Assembly: GCA_038087875.1 (NCBI GenBank) | Contig: JAXLNO010000438.1 | Coordinates: 372,001-436,000 of the forward strand | DNA from: Malacoraja senta | Lineage: Eukaryota | DNA length: 64,000 nt | Direction of reading: 5' to 3' | Shown: positions 1 through 13,657 of the stretch, piece by piece | Numbering within the stretch: position 1 is the stretch's first letter | Layout of the letters: every line of letters begins with the position of its first letter | Notes under the pieces: model-generated | The model's database searches: none | Told to the model about the DNA's origin: nothing | Seen by the model: the letters and a program-made list of their open reading frames with translations, nothing else | Made by a program: the position numbers and the translations under genes

Positions 1-141
1 GAGGAGACAGCCGGATTTAAGGAGGGAACTGTTTTTGAAGTATTTGAAAAGAATATCAATGGATGGTGGTACTGTAAAATGCTGGATAGTGAGCCGACAT
101 GGGAGGGCTGGGCCCCTTCCAATTATTTAGTCAAAAAATAA
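1..141 (+). CDS. SH3PXD2B: End of last coding exon of an SH3 and PX domain-containing protein 2 (Tks4-like), C-terminal SH3 domain
   Basis: Frame 1 reads [46 protein letters not shown], with SH3 GWW and PSNY motifs. EGTVFEV and WEGW match the Tks4 C-terminus better than Tks5, and the neighbour is NEURL1B. Not in the ORF track (no start codon in window). Confidence 0.8.
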   Translation, partial: EETAGFKEGTVFEVFEKNINGWWYCKMLDSEPTWEGWAPSNYLVKK

Positions 142-3100
142 GTATCTTGGTATAGTTCTGTTTCTAAACACTGCAAGATGCTTTTTCATATGTAATATTT
201 AATTAGATCAATAATTTATAGTTTTAAGCTTTCCAAAAGCAACTTAATACATTCCTTATATATTATTTTCAACACAAGTTGGAACAACATAGTGTTTATG
301 GTTACAAAGATTTGTGATTATTACATTTACCCATTTTTATATAACATTGAATTATTTAGTCATGATTGATTTACCAGTCATCAGAAAACCAAGTAGTTTC
401 CTGCTGGTAACCTGGTGCCGGCTAGTATTTGGGAAACACACTTTAGTAATATGACAAAGTGTTTTAAATCTTAACCAGAACACGGACTATAAGGATACTA
501 ATCATCCCAAATACAAGTCCAGTTAAAAATATCTCACAACATGTAACGGCTACAGAAATAACCTAGCAAGCTATTGCGCTGTGCAAATGGTTGTTGAGAG
601 AGAAAAATATTGTCATTACCAAGAACTAAGGAAATAAACTTACTCAGTCTACAAAACTTGCACATGATGTAATATTGGGGGTTTTCTGACGAACAAGGAA
701 TTGAAAATTTGTTCATTTATTCCAAACAGAGTTGGATAAATAACAAGTAGAATTTTGAATGCCTCTATTTTATCTAAAAAAGGTACTAATTGCAGGTTTT
801 TTATAATGCACATCTTGTATGAATACACTCAGCCACAACACTGTTGTTCCTTCTTAAAAATGATAACTAATCTGCATCACTTTTTGTATTCTAATTATTT
901 TATATTGTAGTAATGTTCCAAAGTATGTATTTTAAAACACCTTCATTCATTCATATATCTTGCTTCAGAAGGCCATAAAAGTTACAACTATGTTTAATAG
1001 GGATGCAATAGCTTAGCCACTGATATAATGCACGTAAAAGGTTTAACATTCACTTATACACACTGACAACATATGTGTGCTAGTTGTAAAGCTTCCCTAC
1101 AAAAAGACAGTACATATATATTTATGTAACCTATACATACAGAGATACTGGTGGTATATTTCAAATAGTTTAGAGAACAATGAGCTGTTATGTGGATGGC
1201 TGATATTTTAATCCAATCAGCTATTTTGCAAGGTTCTGTAATAATCAGGGAAATTGAATTTTAAATAAAAGCAGCTGGATTTATTAACAGCTTCAAACAT
1301 TGAAATTCATTGTTATAATCAGTGTACTGAGAATAACTCAAATTAAACAAAAACACTTCTCTTTTCAGTTTTGTTACACAGAATATGCTTTTGGCTAATT
1401 CCTCAAATGTAAACAACATTGGGTCTTTCTTTATAAGAGAATACCTTAAACCCATTAGTTGTAATGTAGCATCAAATATATATTGGGTTTATTTACTTTA
1501 TGAGGACTTGACTGGTATCAAGTTTAAGTCTCTTGCTTCAAGAGTCTAGAATGTGAAATTTGTTGTTAGAACTGTGTATTAACATAACTTGATAAAATTA
1601 AATAGCATTTCAAAGTAGCAGAAGTAGAATACCTCACATTTGAGCCTGGTTTCATCAAACAGTTTCATGCCAAGCAACACCAAGAAAGAATATTGAAATA
1701 AACTCAATTCAAAATAGAGCTTACTTACAGTATTCTTTCAACATAATCAATGTTTATGCAGCACTGGAAATTACCTTAGTCAGATGCCCATTCCTATTCT
1801 TTAACTTTGTTCTTGCCTTACAGTCAATATTTCTAAAGCACCTAGCCTACTGACATCAGGTATTGTAGAATAAAACATTAATTCAAGGTTTTTAAAGACA
1901 TGGATGTGACTAGTATACTTCATCCATGCACTTCATAACTACACTGGTTAGTAAAAGTTACCTTTGACACTGAAGGTGATGTGTGTATTGCCAAATGTAA
2001 CTGGAATGGAAACTTGACCAAGGGAATTTCCATGAATTTTTGAGTTTGCCCATCAGGTGATGATGTATCTGAAATAATAGATTTTGATATTGACAAACCT
2101 GTATTCAGTGCCAAATTGTGTGTTTATACATAAAATATTGAGTTGCTAAACTCTAAAATCTCAGCTCCTAAAAAAAACATGATGTCATGTCTACTCCTGA
2201 AACATTATAAACCTTAATTGTGCAAGTGCTGGCAAAGATTTGACTCTTAATAATTTTTTGACACCACGATACCTCAAATTTCTCACAAGCTGCCACTTCC
2301 ATAGCTTGAGATATTTCTTCAGCTGCATTGGTATGCAGTGATAGAAACAAAATGCTGGAGCAACTCAGCAGGTCAGCCAGCATCTCTGGAGAAAAAGGAT
2401 AGGTGATGTTTTGGGTCAGGACCCTTCTTCAGACTGGGCTTTGCAGAAATGATGGATGTGTGGTTTAATATTGCACATCTTAGTAAAAAAAAAAGATGAG
2501 GTCACCTATCATTATTTTACCCATACAAGTTTTGAACAAAGATTAAACAACATTAGGTCCTTTGTTACAAGATAAAATGTTCAGAAATTGATTGTTATTG
2601 ATGACAGCGCCCCGTGTTTGAGGTTAGAACACTTCAATAGGATTATGTTTAATGAGATTGCTGTCATTAAAAAAAATGCAGGCAATATGTACCTTTCATG
2701 AATAATGCAGACTTTATAGACTTTGCCTGATCACTGCTGAGCTCAGGAAGCAGCAAGTCATCCACATTTCTAGATCTGAGCTTGTATGTAGGACAGCCAA
2801 AGTCCCTCTCATTAGGGTAATTTAAAACCCTACTTGGTTCCATCAAGTAATTTCATGATTATCATTAAAGACCAGCCTTCAGAAAAGTCAAATACATTTA
2901 AAATAATCAAAATTCCCCCTCTTGCCTGATATTTATATTCTAATCTAGTATCATCAGCTATACAAAAAAAATCATTACTCATTGTACCAGAAGTTAACAA
3001 ATACCAAAATTTTAATGAAGTATTGTTTTCATTCAAATTCTTGTTACACAAAGAATAATCAAAAAGAGGAGCATACTCTTGGATAGTGTGTTAAATAATA

Positions 3101-3965
3101 GGTGTTTAGTGCCAGAACATAATCCCAGTTAGACATATTTCAAATCACTATATTTGAGAATTTCCTGAACTGGAAGTAAAACTCCCATCACCCATATACG
3201 CACAAGCAGAACAGATGCATCCCAGCAGCTAGTCACTGAGACACTGCTCGCACACTTGAAAGCAGTCTATTCGCCACTAGCATGCTAATCCAAAACAAAA
3301 AAAAGAGAATAGGAAGGAATAGCATTTTATAGGTAATAACCACTGCTCAGAATTACACGCCAGAGCTCTAATTTAACATCTTGGTGTAATTGTGAGTGAG
3401 GCACCCAGGAAAGTTTAAAAAATTCCACAAAAAAAGGCAAGTTGCAGATGGAAAGTAGGAATGAAAGCATTGGTATCGGTGGAGAGCAGTTGTGAACTTC
3501 AAAGTTGTGCAAAGATGATTGGATCAGTTTGATTTAAGGGTACTTCTAAATGCCACAGGACACATGATTGAAACATTATTTTCTAATCAAATTGAAGAAT
3601 TTCATTGTTAACACAAATATGCTTAAGTGCTCTGTAAGTGCAGCCTGTCTTTGTGAAAGTTAATTTAATAGCAGTGAAATCCTGATTATTAATTGAAAAA
3701 TCAATGACTTGGTGATCATTATGTGACAGGTGATGGAAAGAACAAGAGCTTATTTGTTACTGACTAGTTATAAAAGGGATGTTGACCTTATTGTAATGTG
3801 TGCCATTATTGTGCTTGTACTGTAATTCAGATACAATCACTAAAGAAACCATTTTACATTGACAGTTTTTCATTTGTATTTCAGAGAAGGGCTCTCAAAT
3901 TGCAACTGTTTTTGTTATGAAGGTTTATTTTGTAGAACATTAAACGAAAACAGCTTTTGTTGTAA
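142..3965 (+). other. Putative long AT-rich 3' UTR of SH3PXD2B; candidate distal polyA signal ATTAAA at 3939-3944
   Basis: Repeat-poor AT-rich sequence after the stop; ATTAAA is followed by a GT/T-rich tract. Proximal AATAAA sites also exist (~1264, ~1697, ~1869), so the end point is inferred. Confidence 0.4.
2345..2436 (-). mobile_element. Short Penelope 3'-tail-derived repeat
   Basis: Reverse complement resembles 6625-6719 (cagtctgaagaaggg...ccagcattttgt). Confidence 0.75.
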
Positions 3966-5328
3966 TGATTTCTTGTACACTATATTTTTAGAAGACACAG
4001 TCTAAATGTTGTCACTTCATTTAAAAGAGTTTTGCTGTTAATAGAATATTGTTTAAATAGGACCCTTACATGTTCACATCGCCATACTGTCCTTACTCCC
4101 ACGCATGCACATTTACAATGAGGATATTCATTGGAAATCTGGATTCAGTGCAGTGACATCTCTCCACCAGCAATGCATCACGGCTACAGCATGGCATATG
4201 TACAAAATGCCCAACGGGTAGATACCAAGGCTATTCTGACAGCACTTGCCAAACCTGCACCCTCTTCCAACCAAGACACAGTGGTTTCATGGGAACAACC
4301 ATCAGCAGCACATTGTCCCGACTTGGAAACACGCAACTGTTCCCTTACTTGTCACTGGGTCCAAATCCTGGAACTTCCTCCACAATGGTATTAAGGGGAA
4401 CAAAAGAAATGCAGCAATGCAAGAATGTCATCACCTCATCAAGGGCATTTGCAGAAGGCAAATGAATATGGGCCCTGCTACTGACACTCGGACTCCAAAT
4501 AAATGAACAATAACAAACAAATGATGTCAGGGTGCCTTTGCTATCCCTGCCGTGTTTAATCAGCAGGGGTCTCTATTGGCTTTATTATGTGCAAAATGAA
4601 TCCAGATCTATCATTGGTCAAAATATCACCATGAAACCATCCTTTAATACAGTTAGCCTCGGGCCTGATGGCGATAAAAGTTTATGGCTATCCCAGTTGG
4701 TCTGGTACATGGATTCACAAAGGAATTGTGACAGGAGGTGGGTACTTGGCTCATCATGTTGTGTGCTAATTGAACTGGCACAATCCAAACTAATCCTATA
4801 TTCCATCATCAGTTCCATAAACCTTGCTGGTCATGGCTCTTCACTGAGCGATTCAATCACACTTTTATTGCAGAAATCAAAGGGAGAAAATTGCTTATAA
4901 ACAAGAGATTTTAAGAGGGAAATGTTAAGAACAGCATTGATCATAAAATCCTCCACATTTTGAAAGATCTGCACATAAAGCAAGATAAGGAATAATAAAA
5001 TTCAACAATCAGAATGCTAGAGGCCAAAATATAACATTGTTAGTATGAAGGTTTGAGTTCTCAAAATCAGGACTCAAAGGAGAAAAGTATTGGCATGATT
5101 CAACAAGTGGTATTAACTACAATTAATGTAATACTATAAAAGTGACAACGTGACCATGAAATTTCAATATGGACCAATCAGCATCCCCTGGGTTTGGAAA
5201 TTTCACATTGCACAAAATTAAATAATTCTGTAAGTCAGTTTTTTTTCTGTAAATAAAAATAAATCAGATTGGGCACTCTGCATGCTGGAAACCTGCTTCT
5301 CATTTCTGATGTCAAACACTGCACATTC

Positions 5329-6719
5329 TTCCACCTACCTTGACTCCATCCTATCCCCCTTGGTTAAATCCCTCCCTACCTATGTTCAAGACACCTCAGA
5401 CACTACGTCGTCTCCGCGCATTCCATTCTCTAGGCCCTCACCTCCTCATCTTCACCATGGACGTCCAGTCACTCTACACCTCCATCCCCCACCAGGATGA
5501 TCTCAAAGCCCTCCGGTTCTTCCTCGACCAGAGAAGCAACATATACCCGGCCACTGACACCCTCCTCCGCCTAGCGGAGCTGGTCCTTACCCTCAATATC
5601 TTCTCGTTTGACTCCTCCCATTTCCTCCAAATACAAGGCGTAGCTATGGGCACATGCATGGGCCCCAGCTACGCCTGCCTCTTTGTCGGGTACGTCAAAC
5701 AATCCTTGTTCAATACATACCAGGGCCCCATCCCCGACCTCTACCTCCGCTACATCAACGTTCCACACCAGGGCATCCAAAATGTCCTCATTCTTCAGGG
5801 AACGGGGGTTCCCCTCCTCCACCATAGATGAGGCTCGCACCAGGGTCTCTTCCATACCCAGCAACACTGCTCTCTCTCCCCATCCCCCCACTCGCAACAA
5901 GGGCAGAGTCCCCCTAGTCCTCACCTTTCACCCCACCAGCCGTCACATACAACAAGTAATCCTCCGTCAGTTTCGCCACCTTCAACGTGACCCCACCACT
6001 CGCCACATCTTCCCATCTCCCCCCATGTCTGCCTTCCGCAAAGACCGCTCCCTCCGTAACTCTCTTGTCAATTCTTCCCTTCCCTCCCGTACCACCCCCT
6101 CCCCGGGCACTTTCTCTTGCAACCGCAAGAGATGCAACACTTGTCCCTTCACCTCCCCCCTCGACTCCATTCAAGGATCCAAGCAGTCGTTCCAGGTGCG
6201 ACAGAGGTTCACCTGCATCTCCTCCAACCTCATCTATTGCATCCGCTGCTCTAGATGTCAGCTGATCTACATCGGTGAGCCCAAGCGGGGGCTTGGCGAT
6301 CGTTTCGCCGAACACCTCCGCTCGGTCCGCAATAACCAACCTGACCTCCCGGTGGCTCAGCACTTCAACTCCCCCTCCCATTCCATATCCGACCTCTCTG
6401 TCCTGGGTCTCCTCCATGGCCAGAGCGAGCAACACCAGAAATTGGAGGAAATGCACCTCATATTCCGCTTAGGTAGTCTGCATCCTGGGGGCATGAACAT
6501 TGAATTCTCCCAATTCTGCTAGCCCTTGCTGTCTCCTCCCCTTCCTCAGCCCTCGGGCTGCCTCCTCCCATCCCTCAGCCCTCGGGCTCCTCCACCTTTT
6601 TCCTTTCTTCTCCCCACCGCCCATCAGTCTGAAGAAGGGTTTCGGCCCGAAACGTTGCCTATTTCCTTCGCTCCATAGATGCTGCTGCACCCGCTGAGTT
6701 TCTCCAGCATTTTTGTGTA
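5329..6719 (+). mobile_element. 5'-truncated, internally deleted Penelope-like element (Neptune-type): RT fragment + GIY-YIG endonuclease
   Basis: RT motifs TMDVQSLYTSI and QIQGVAMG..MGPSYACLF; sequence breaks at LRYI (~5758), so the DD is lost. Cys linker CNRKRCNTC, then NLIYCIRCSRCQLIYIGE..R..RFAEH and a terminal GMN. Stop at 6522, pyrimidine-rich 3' region. Confidence 0.92.
6625..6659 (+). ncRNA. Minimal type I hammerhead ribozyme-like motif in the Penelope 3' repeat
   Basis: CTGAAGA(A) - GGGT/TTCG/GCCC hairpin - GAAA - CGTT; palindromic AACGTT in place of stem III; stem I only ~2 bp. Confidence 0.65.
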
Positions 6720-6805
6720 CCCACTCATTTTGAAATGATCTGCACAGATAAAATTCCTGAATGCCATGCATAGAGTATAGACCTTAACCAAAAGGCGGAG
6801 GGTTA

Positions 6806-7124
6806 AGGGCCTGTCCCACTGTACAAGGTAATTCAAGAGCTCTCCCGAGTTTAAAAAAAAAAATCTAACTCATGGTAAGCACGTAGAATGTACGTAGCGG
6901 GTACGTCGGAGCTCGGGACGTCTCTTAGCGGCTCATAACGCTAATGGCAGGTACTCGGGAAACGCGGTAAGCCTGTGAAGACTCTTGAAGATTTTTCAAC
7001 ATGTTGAAAAATGTCCACGAGAGCCCCAAGTACCTACGAGCGGTTATTACCGTAATTCTCCGAGTTCGAATCAGGGGAAACTCGGGAGAATTCTTGAATT
7101 AGCTCATACAGTGGGACAGGCCCT
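6806..7124. mobile_element. PIF/Harbinger-type MITE
   Basis: TIR AGGGCCTGTCCCAC...GTGGGACAGGCCCT extending imperfectly ~45 bp; TTA on both flanks; homologous to 9285-9580. Confidence 0.9.
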
Positions 7125-7626
7125 TTAGTTCAGTGCAATTTAAGGGGCCTTATCTCAAATGGACTGCTCTTGGGATTCCATAGAGTCCATCTTCTAAGCC
7201 GATCAATGCATGAAGTTTTTTGATCACTGCCTGTTCTCTTGTCCTCTCCCCCCCCCCCCCCACCACCACTTTGCCATAAGAATAGAGTAAGCTATACAAC
7301 CCTTGGAGATGATTCCACCATTCCACAAGATCATAGGTTACCTGGCTCGTGCCCTCAACTTCACATTTCCATTAAATTCACACAATCTTTGATTCCCCTG
7401 AAGTCCAGAAATCTGTTTATCTACAATATGAATACGATTCAGTCTCCACAAGTTTCTGGGGTAAAGATTTTAAAAGATTCACAATCCTCAATGCAGAAAT
7501 TCCCCTCATCTCTGTGTTAATGGGCAACAGTTAAAAACCCACTTGCTCAGAATCCAGTTTTCCTCAGGTCATACCTTATTCAAGACACTAAGAACAAAAC
7601 ACTTAAATCCATCATGAGCGAGATGT

Positions 7627-7836
7627 ACACAAAATGCTGGTAACTCAGCGGGTCAGCAGCATCTCTGGAAAAAAGGATAGGTGAGGTTTCAGGATGAAAC
7701 CCTTCTTAAGACTGAAGAAGGGTCTGACCCAAAACATCACCTATTCCTTTTCTCCAGAATTGCTGCCTGACCCGCCGAGTTACTATAGCATTTCGTGTCT
7801 ATGATATAAACCAGCAACTGCAGTTCCATCTACACA
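7627..7836. mobile_element. Fold-back element made of two inverted Penelope 3'-tail arms
   Basis: 7627-7709 is the approximate reverse complement of 7712-7798; centre cccttcttaagactgaagaaggg. Confidence 0.8.
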
Positions 7837-7942
7837 TCTACACAAGATGTGGCCTGCTATGACCTGTGAAGTGGCATAAATTTTGTGTGGCACCCAACTG
7901 TAAGGAGGCTCAGTTACCGTTAAAAGCAAAGCTGTTCCCCTA

Positions 7943-10900
7943 AGACAGACAGGTGGGCAGAGGGGGTGGGGTAGCTCTGTTGGTGAGGAATGAAATTCAG
8001 TCCCTTGCAAGGGGTGACACTGAAACATGAGATGTAGACTCAGTATGGATAGAACTAAGGAATTGTAAGAGTGAAAAGACCCTAATGGGATTTATCTACA
8101 AGCCCCCAAACAGTAGCCTGGATATAGGGTGCAAGTTGAATCAGGAGTTAAAATTGGCATGTAGTAAAGGTAATGCTACGGTTGTTATGGGAGATTTCAA
8201 CATGCAGGTAGACTGGGAAAATCAGGTTGGTACTGGACCCCAAGAAAGGGAGTTTGTGGAGTGCCTTCGTGATGGATTCTTCGAGCAGCTTGTATTGGAG
8301 CCTACCAGGGAGAAGTCAATTCTGGATTTAGTGTTATGTAATGAATCAGATTTGATAAAGGAACGAGGTTAAGGAGACATTAGGAGGTAGTGACCATAAT
8401 ATGGTCAGTTTTAATCTACAATTGGAGAAGGAGAAGGCTAAATCGGAGGTGTCTGTGTTACATTGAATAAAGGGGACTATGGAGCCATGAGGGAGGAGCT
8501 GGCCAAAGTTGACTGGAAAGAGACCCTAGCAGGGATGACAGTGGAACAACAATGGCAGATATTTCTGGGAATATTACAGAAGGTGCAGGATCAGTTCATT
8601 CCAAAGAGGAAGAAAGATTCCAACGGGAGTAAGGGGCGACCGTGGCTGACGAGGGACATCAGGGACAGTATAAAAATAAAAGAGAAGAAGTACAATGTAG
8701 CAAAGATGAGCGGGAAGCAAGAGGATTGGGTAATGTTTAAAAAGCAACAGAAGATAACTAAAAAGGCAATACAGGGAGAGATGATGAGGTGGGAAGGTAA
8801 GCTAGCCAATAATTTAAAGGATAGTAAAAGCTTCTTTAGGTATGTGAAGAGGAAAAATTTAGTTAAGACCAAAGTTGGACCCTTGAAGAATGAAAAAGGT
8901 GAATTTATTATGGGGAACAAGGAAATGGCAGATGAGTTGAACAGGTACTTCGCATCCGTATTCACTAAGGAGGACACAAAGAATCTTCCTGATGTACTTG
9001 TGGCCAGAGGATCTGGGGTGACGGAGGAACTGAAGGAAATCCACATTAGGCAGGAAATGGAGTTGGGTAGACTGATGGGACTGAAGGCTGATAAATCCCC
9101 AGGGCCTGATGGTCTGCATCCCTGGGTACTTAAGGAAGTCGATCTAGAAACCGTGGACGCATTGGTGATAATTTTCCAATGTTCTATAGATTCAAGATCG
9201 GTTCCTGTGGTTTGGAGGGTAGCTAATGGTATCCCACTTTTTTTTTAAAGGCGGGAGAGAGAAAAAGTAATTATAGATCAGTTAAGGGCCTGTCCCACTA
9301 TACGAGTTTACCCAAGAGCTCTCCCGAGTTTAAAAAAAATTTAAACTCGTGGTAAGTATGTAGCGGGTATGTCGGAGCTCGGGACGTCTCTTAGCGGCTC
9401 GTAATGCTAACGGCAGGTACTCGGGAAACGCGGTAAGCTCGTGAAGTTTTTTCAGCACTGTAAAAAATGTCCACGAGATCCCCGAGTACCTACGAACGGC
9501 TATTACCGTAATTCTCTGAGTTCGAATCAGGGGAAACTCGAGAGAACTCTTGAATTACCTAGTACAGTGGGACAGGCCCTTTAGCCTGACATCGGTAGTG
9601 GGGTGATGCTGGAGTCAATCATAAAAGATGAAATAGCGGCACATTTGGATAGCGGTAACAGGATCGGTCCGAGTCAGCATGGATTTACGAAGGGGAAATC
9701 ATGCTTGACTAATCTTCTGGAATTTTTTGAGGTTGTAACTAGGAAAAGGACAAGGGAGAGCCAGTGGATGTAGTGTACCTGGACTTTCAGAAAGCATTTG
9801 ATAAGGTCCCACATAGGAGATTAGTGGGCATAATTAGGGCACATGGTATTGGGGGTAGAGTGCTGACATGGATAGAAAATTGGTTGGCAGACAGGAAGCA
9901 AAGAGTAGGGATTAACGGGTCCCTTTCAGAATGGCAGGCACTGACTAGTGGGGTACCACAAGGCTCGGTATTGGGACCGCAACTATTTACAATATACATC
10001 AATGATTTAGATGAAGGGATTCAAATTAAATTTAGCAAATTTGAAGATGACACAAAGCTGGGTAGCAGTGTGAACTGTGAGGAGGATGCTATGAGAATGC
10101 AGGGTGACTTGGACAGGTTGGGTGAGTGAGCAGATGCACTTTAATGTGGATAAATGTGGGGTTATCCACTTTGGTAGCAAAAACAGGAAGGCAGATTATT
10201 ATCTAAATGGTGTCAAGTTGGGAAAAGGGGAAGTACAATGGGATCTGGGGGGTCCTTATTCAACAGTCAATGAAAGTAAGCATGCAGGCACAGCAGGCAG
10301 TGAAGAAAGCGAATGGCATGTTGGCCTTCATAACAAGAGGAGTTGAGTGTAGGAGCAAAGAGGTCCTTCAGCAGTTGTACAGGGCCCTAGTGAGACTACA
10401 CCTGGAGTATTGTGTGCAGTTTTGGTCCCCTAATTTGAGGAAGGACATTCTTACTATTGAGGAAGTGCAGCGTAGGTTTACAAGTTTAATTCCCGGGATG
10501 GCGCGATTGTCATATGCTGAGAGAATGGTGCGGCTGGGCTTGTATACTCTGGAGTTTAGAAGGATGAGAGGGATTCTTATTGAAACATATAAGATTATTA
10601 AGGGTTTGGACACGCTAGAGGCAGGAAACATGTTCCCGATGTTGGGGGAGTCCAGAACTAGGGGCCACAGTTTAAGAATAAAGGGTAAGCCATTCAGAAA
10701 GGAGATGAGGAAACACTTTTTCACATAGAGAGTTGTGAGTATGTGGAATTCTCTGCCTCAGAGGGCAGTGGAGGCAGGTTCTCTGCATACTTTCAAGAGA
10801 GAGCTTGATAGGGCTCTTAAAAATAGCGGAGTCAAGGGATGTGGGGAGAAGGCAGGAACGGGGTTCTCATTGGGGATGATCAGCCATGATCACATTGAAT

Positions 10901-10957
10901 GGCGGTGCTGGCTCGATGGGCCGAATGGCCTATTCCTGCACCTGTTCTCTATTGTCT
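7943..10957 (+). mobile_element. CR1 LINE, 5'-truncated ORF2 (APE endonuclease + RT) with 3' UTR; frameshifted, interrupted by a MITE
   Basis: VMGDFN, ILDLVL, SPGPDG, YLDFQKAFDKVPH, SGVPQGSVLGP, KFEDD (from FADD), HLEYCVQFW, RTRGH; ends ctattgtct. Confidence 0.95.
9285..9580. mobile_element. PIF/Harbinger-type MITE inserted in CR1 ORF2
   Basis: Same TIRs and interior as 6806-7124; TTA TSD; removal restores CR1 cagttagcctgacatcgg. Confidence 0.92.
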
Positions 10958-11339
10958 GTTTCAATGGGGATTCAACGACAGGTCTGACATGAAAAATATC
11001 ACTGCTATATTGCTCTGAGGAATGACAGGGATCAACAAATGTAATTGTCTGAAATTTGTCATTGTTCCTTGTCATGTAAGCAATTCAAAATTGTTAAAAC
11101 AGATGCTCATGTGCATTCAACGGGGCAAAACTAAGAAATGGCACAGACATAATAAGCCAGAACAATGACCTAATTCATCCTGTTTCTTCAACAGTTAGGA
11201 AGTTTGGTACGCCATTGTGTGAAGAATCTCAGATCGGATTTTACCTAACCTGTTAGACAAGAATGGGTCAAGCCGAGTTTGAATGCTTGATTAGTAACAG
11301 ATATGTACTGATTTGAACATATGCAAGCAAATCTAAGAA

Positions 11340-11990
11340 TAATAGAGCTATACTAGTTGGGGATTTTAAGTTTGCCAAATATTGATGGGATTGCCTTAGT
11401 GCAAAGGAATTAGGTGGGATGGAATTTGTTTAGTTTCTTGAGACAATGTGTGGAGCATCCTACTCGAGATGGGGCAGTACTAAATCTAATTGTAGGAAAT
11501 GAAACTGGACAGGTAGTGCAAGAACATAAAACAATGCAGCACAGGAACACGCCCTTCGGCCCACAAAGTCTGTGCAGAACAAGATGCCAAGACCAACTCT
11601 CATCTGTCTGCACGTAATCCATATACCACCATTCCCTGCATATCCATGTGCCTAATTTAAAGGCACTATGCCACTATCATATCTACCTCTACTGCCACTT
11701 CCTCCATGTGTTTCAGGCACTTACTCTAAAGAAACCCTGCCCCGCATATCTCTTTTAAACTTTGCCACTTAAAACTATGCCCTTGAGTATTTAATGTTTC
11801 CATATTGGGGAAAAAGGTTCTGACTATCTATACTTCTATTAGGCCTCCTCCCAACCTCTAGCATTCTAGTGAGAACAATCCAAATCTATCCAACCTCTCA
11901 CTATAATCCAATACCCCTAGTCTAGATATAATTCTGGTAAACTTCCTTTGCACCCTCTCCAAAGCCTCCATATCCTACCTGTAATGAAGC
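11340..11990. mobile_element. Old CR1 fragments (+ endonuclease piece, then - 3' end)
   Basis: FLRQCVEHPTRDGAVLNL peptide, followed by an antisense CR1-type tail (gcccttcggccca). Confidence 0.6.
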
Positions 11991-13444
11991 ACCTATAATT
12001 GCTAAACTCCAAAGGCTATCTCCTTGTAACTGTCTAACTGTTTCTCAAATGTTGATACATCAACTAGCTCTTCTGGCAGCTCGTTCCATACACCCACCAC
12101 ACTTTGTATGAAAAGGTTACTATTAAATCTTTTCCCCTTCACCTTACTGCACTAGTAAGGTGATAACTGCATCTTCATTTGCGACAGGCGAAGTGATTGA
12201 AGACTGAAGGACAGCCGATGTTATTCCTTTATTTAAGAAGGACAGCAAAAATTATTGGAAATTAGTGCCAATGTATGGGGATCACTGGTTGGCATGGACT
12301 CAGTGGGCCAAAAGGCCTGTATCTCGAACATAAACTAAACTAATGCGCTCCCCAAGAAAGAAGGAATTACATTTTTATAGTGGGGGGGGGGTGGGGGGGG
12401 GGGAGTTTTCAGGATTGGTGTGCAAGAGCGGAATACCATTACAGGCGTGTGAATAAATGACAAGACGATGAGGATGTGAAGAAAGTGGACTGTATGTGCA
12501 GAGTGCTCCTGTCCCCCCAAAAAAGGTGGGTAAAGTGTTTTCTCCCAATTAATGGTTAATTTAGAACCATTAATAGTGTTAGGGTAAGAATGATGCAAAG
12601 AGGTACAGGAATGGAACAATTTCAAATAATTCAACATTTCACTGTATCAACACTGTTCTGGGTTGATTTCTCTGACGTTGGTCACCTTTGTTACACATTG
12701 AGGGAAACTTATGTTTTCCTGCCAATTTCCTATGGAGCCCCTCCACTGATTTGTCTCCTGCCGTGTCAAGAAAAATTGGAAGGGGAAGCATTTGGTTACA
12801 ATTTATATCTCAATGGGAAGTCAGCCTTAAATTCAGTCTGTAATTTGCCATATTAATGCCTCATTAGGCAATTTGCCAATGAACACAAATGTCAGTCCGT
12901 CATATCACTTCAAGGAACTTGCTCCAAAAATGTGGGATTTTGATTGCATCCATGTGATTATGAGCTCCAAGTTCAATAATCCAAATAGTGATATGTAGTG
13001 TACCCTCTCAAGAATCTATCACTGTCATCCTCTCTTGTGCAAAGGCATAGAAAACAAACCCCAGGAACCTTGATGCTTTTAGAATAATTGCATCATGTCT
13101 GCTAAGCAGATGCTGATTATTTTTTATCTCAGCCAAATGTAAATTTGTGTCTTTACCTGTGCTTATTAAAGCACCTTGGAAATGACATAATCTTGACTGC
13201 CTCTCAATCTTCTACAAAATAGCCATACAAAAATGTTGATCAATTCACATCAAGTAATTTCACCACCCCCTTATTCATTTGAACTTGCATGCAAACATAA
13301 AAAATAACATCTGGCAGGCTCTTTATTCATGCCAACCTGTTTTATTAAGCTAGAACTTGGACCACACGACTTCGCAGGACAATGACATTCATAAATTTTA
13401 CTCAGAGTTCTAACAACATATACTGCTTCTCAGGACACACAAAA

Positions 13445-13657
13445 TGTGGTGGGGGTATGGAACAAGCTGCCAGAGGAGGTAGTTGAAGCAGGAACTATCC
13501 CAACATTTATGAAACAGTTAGACAGGTACGTGGATAGGACAGGTTTAGAGGAATATGGACCAAAAGCGGGTAGATGGGACTAGTGTAGCTGGGACATGTT
13601 GGCCGGTGTGGGCAGGTTGGGCTGAAGGGCCTGTTTCCACGCTGTATCACTCTATGA
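13445..13657 (+). mobile_element. CR1 3' end fragment (second subfamily)
   Basis: Similar to 29222-29446; ends gaagggcctgtttccacgctgtatcactctatgac. Confidence 0.8.

Noticed and set aside
1..141. Assignment to SH3PXD2A
   Set aside because: EETAGF resembles Tks5, but the rest of the SH3 domain and the linkage to NEURL1B favour SH3PXD2B; not fully excluded.
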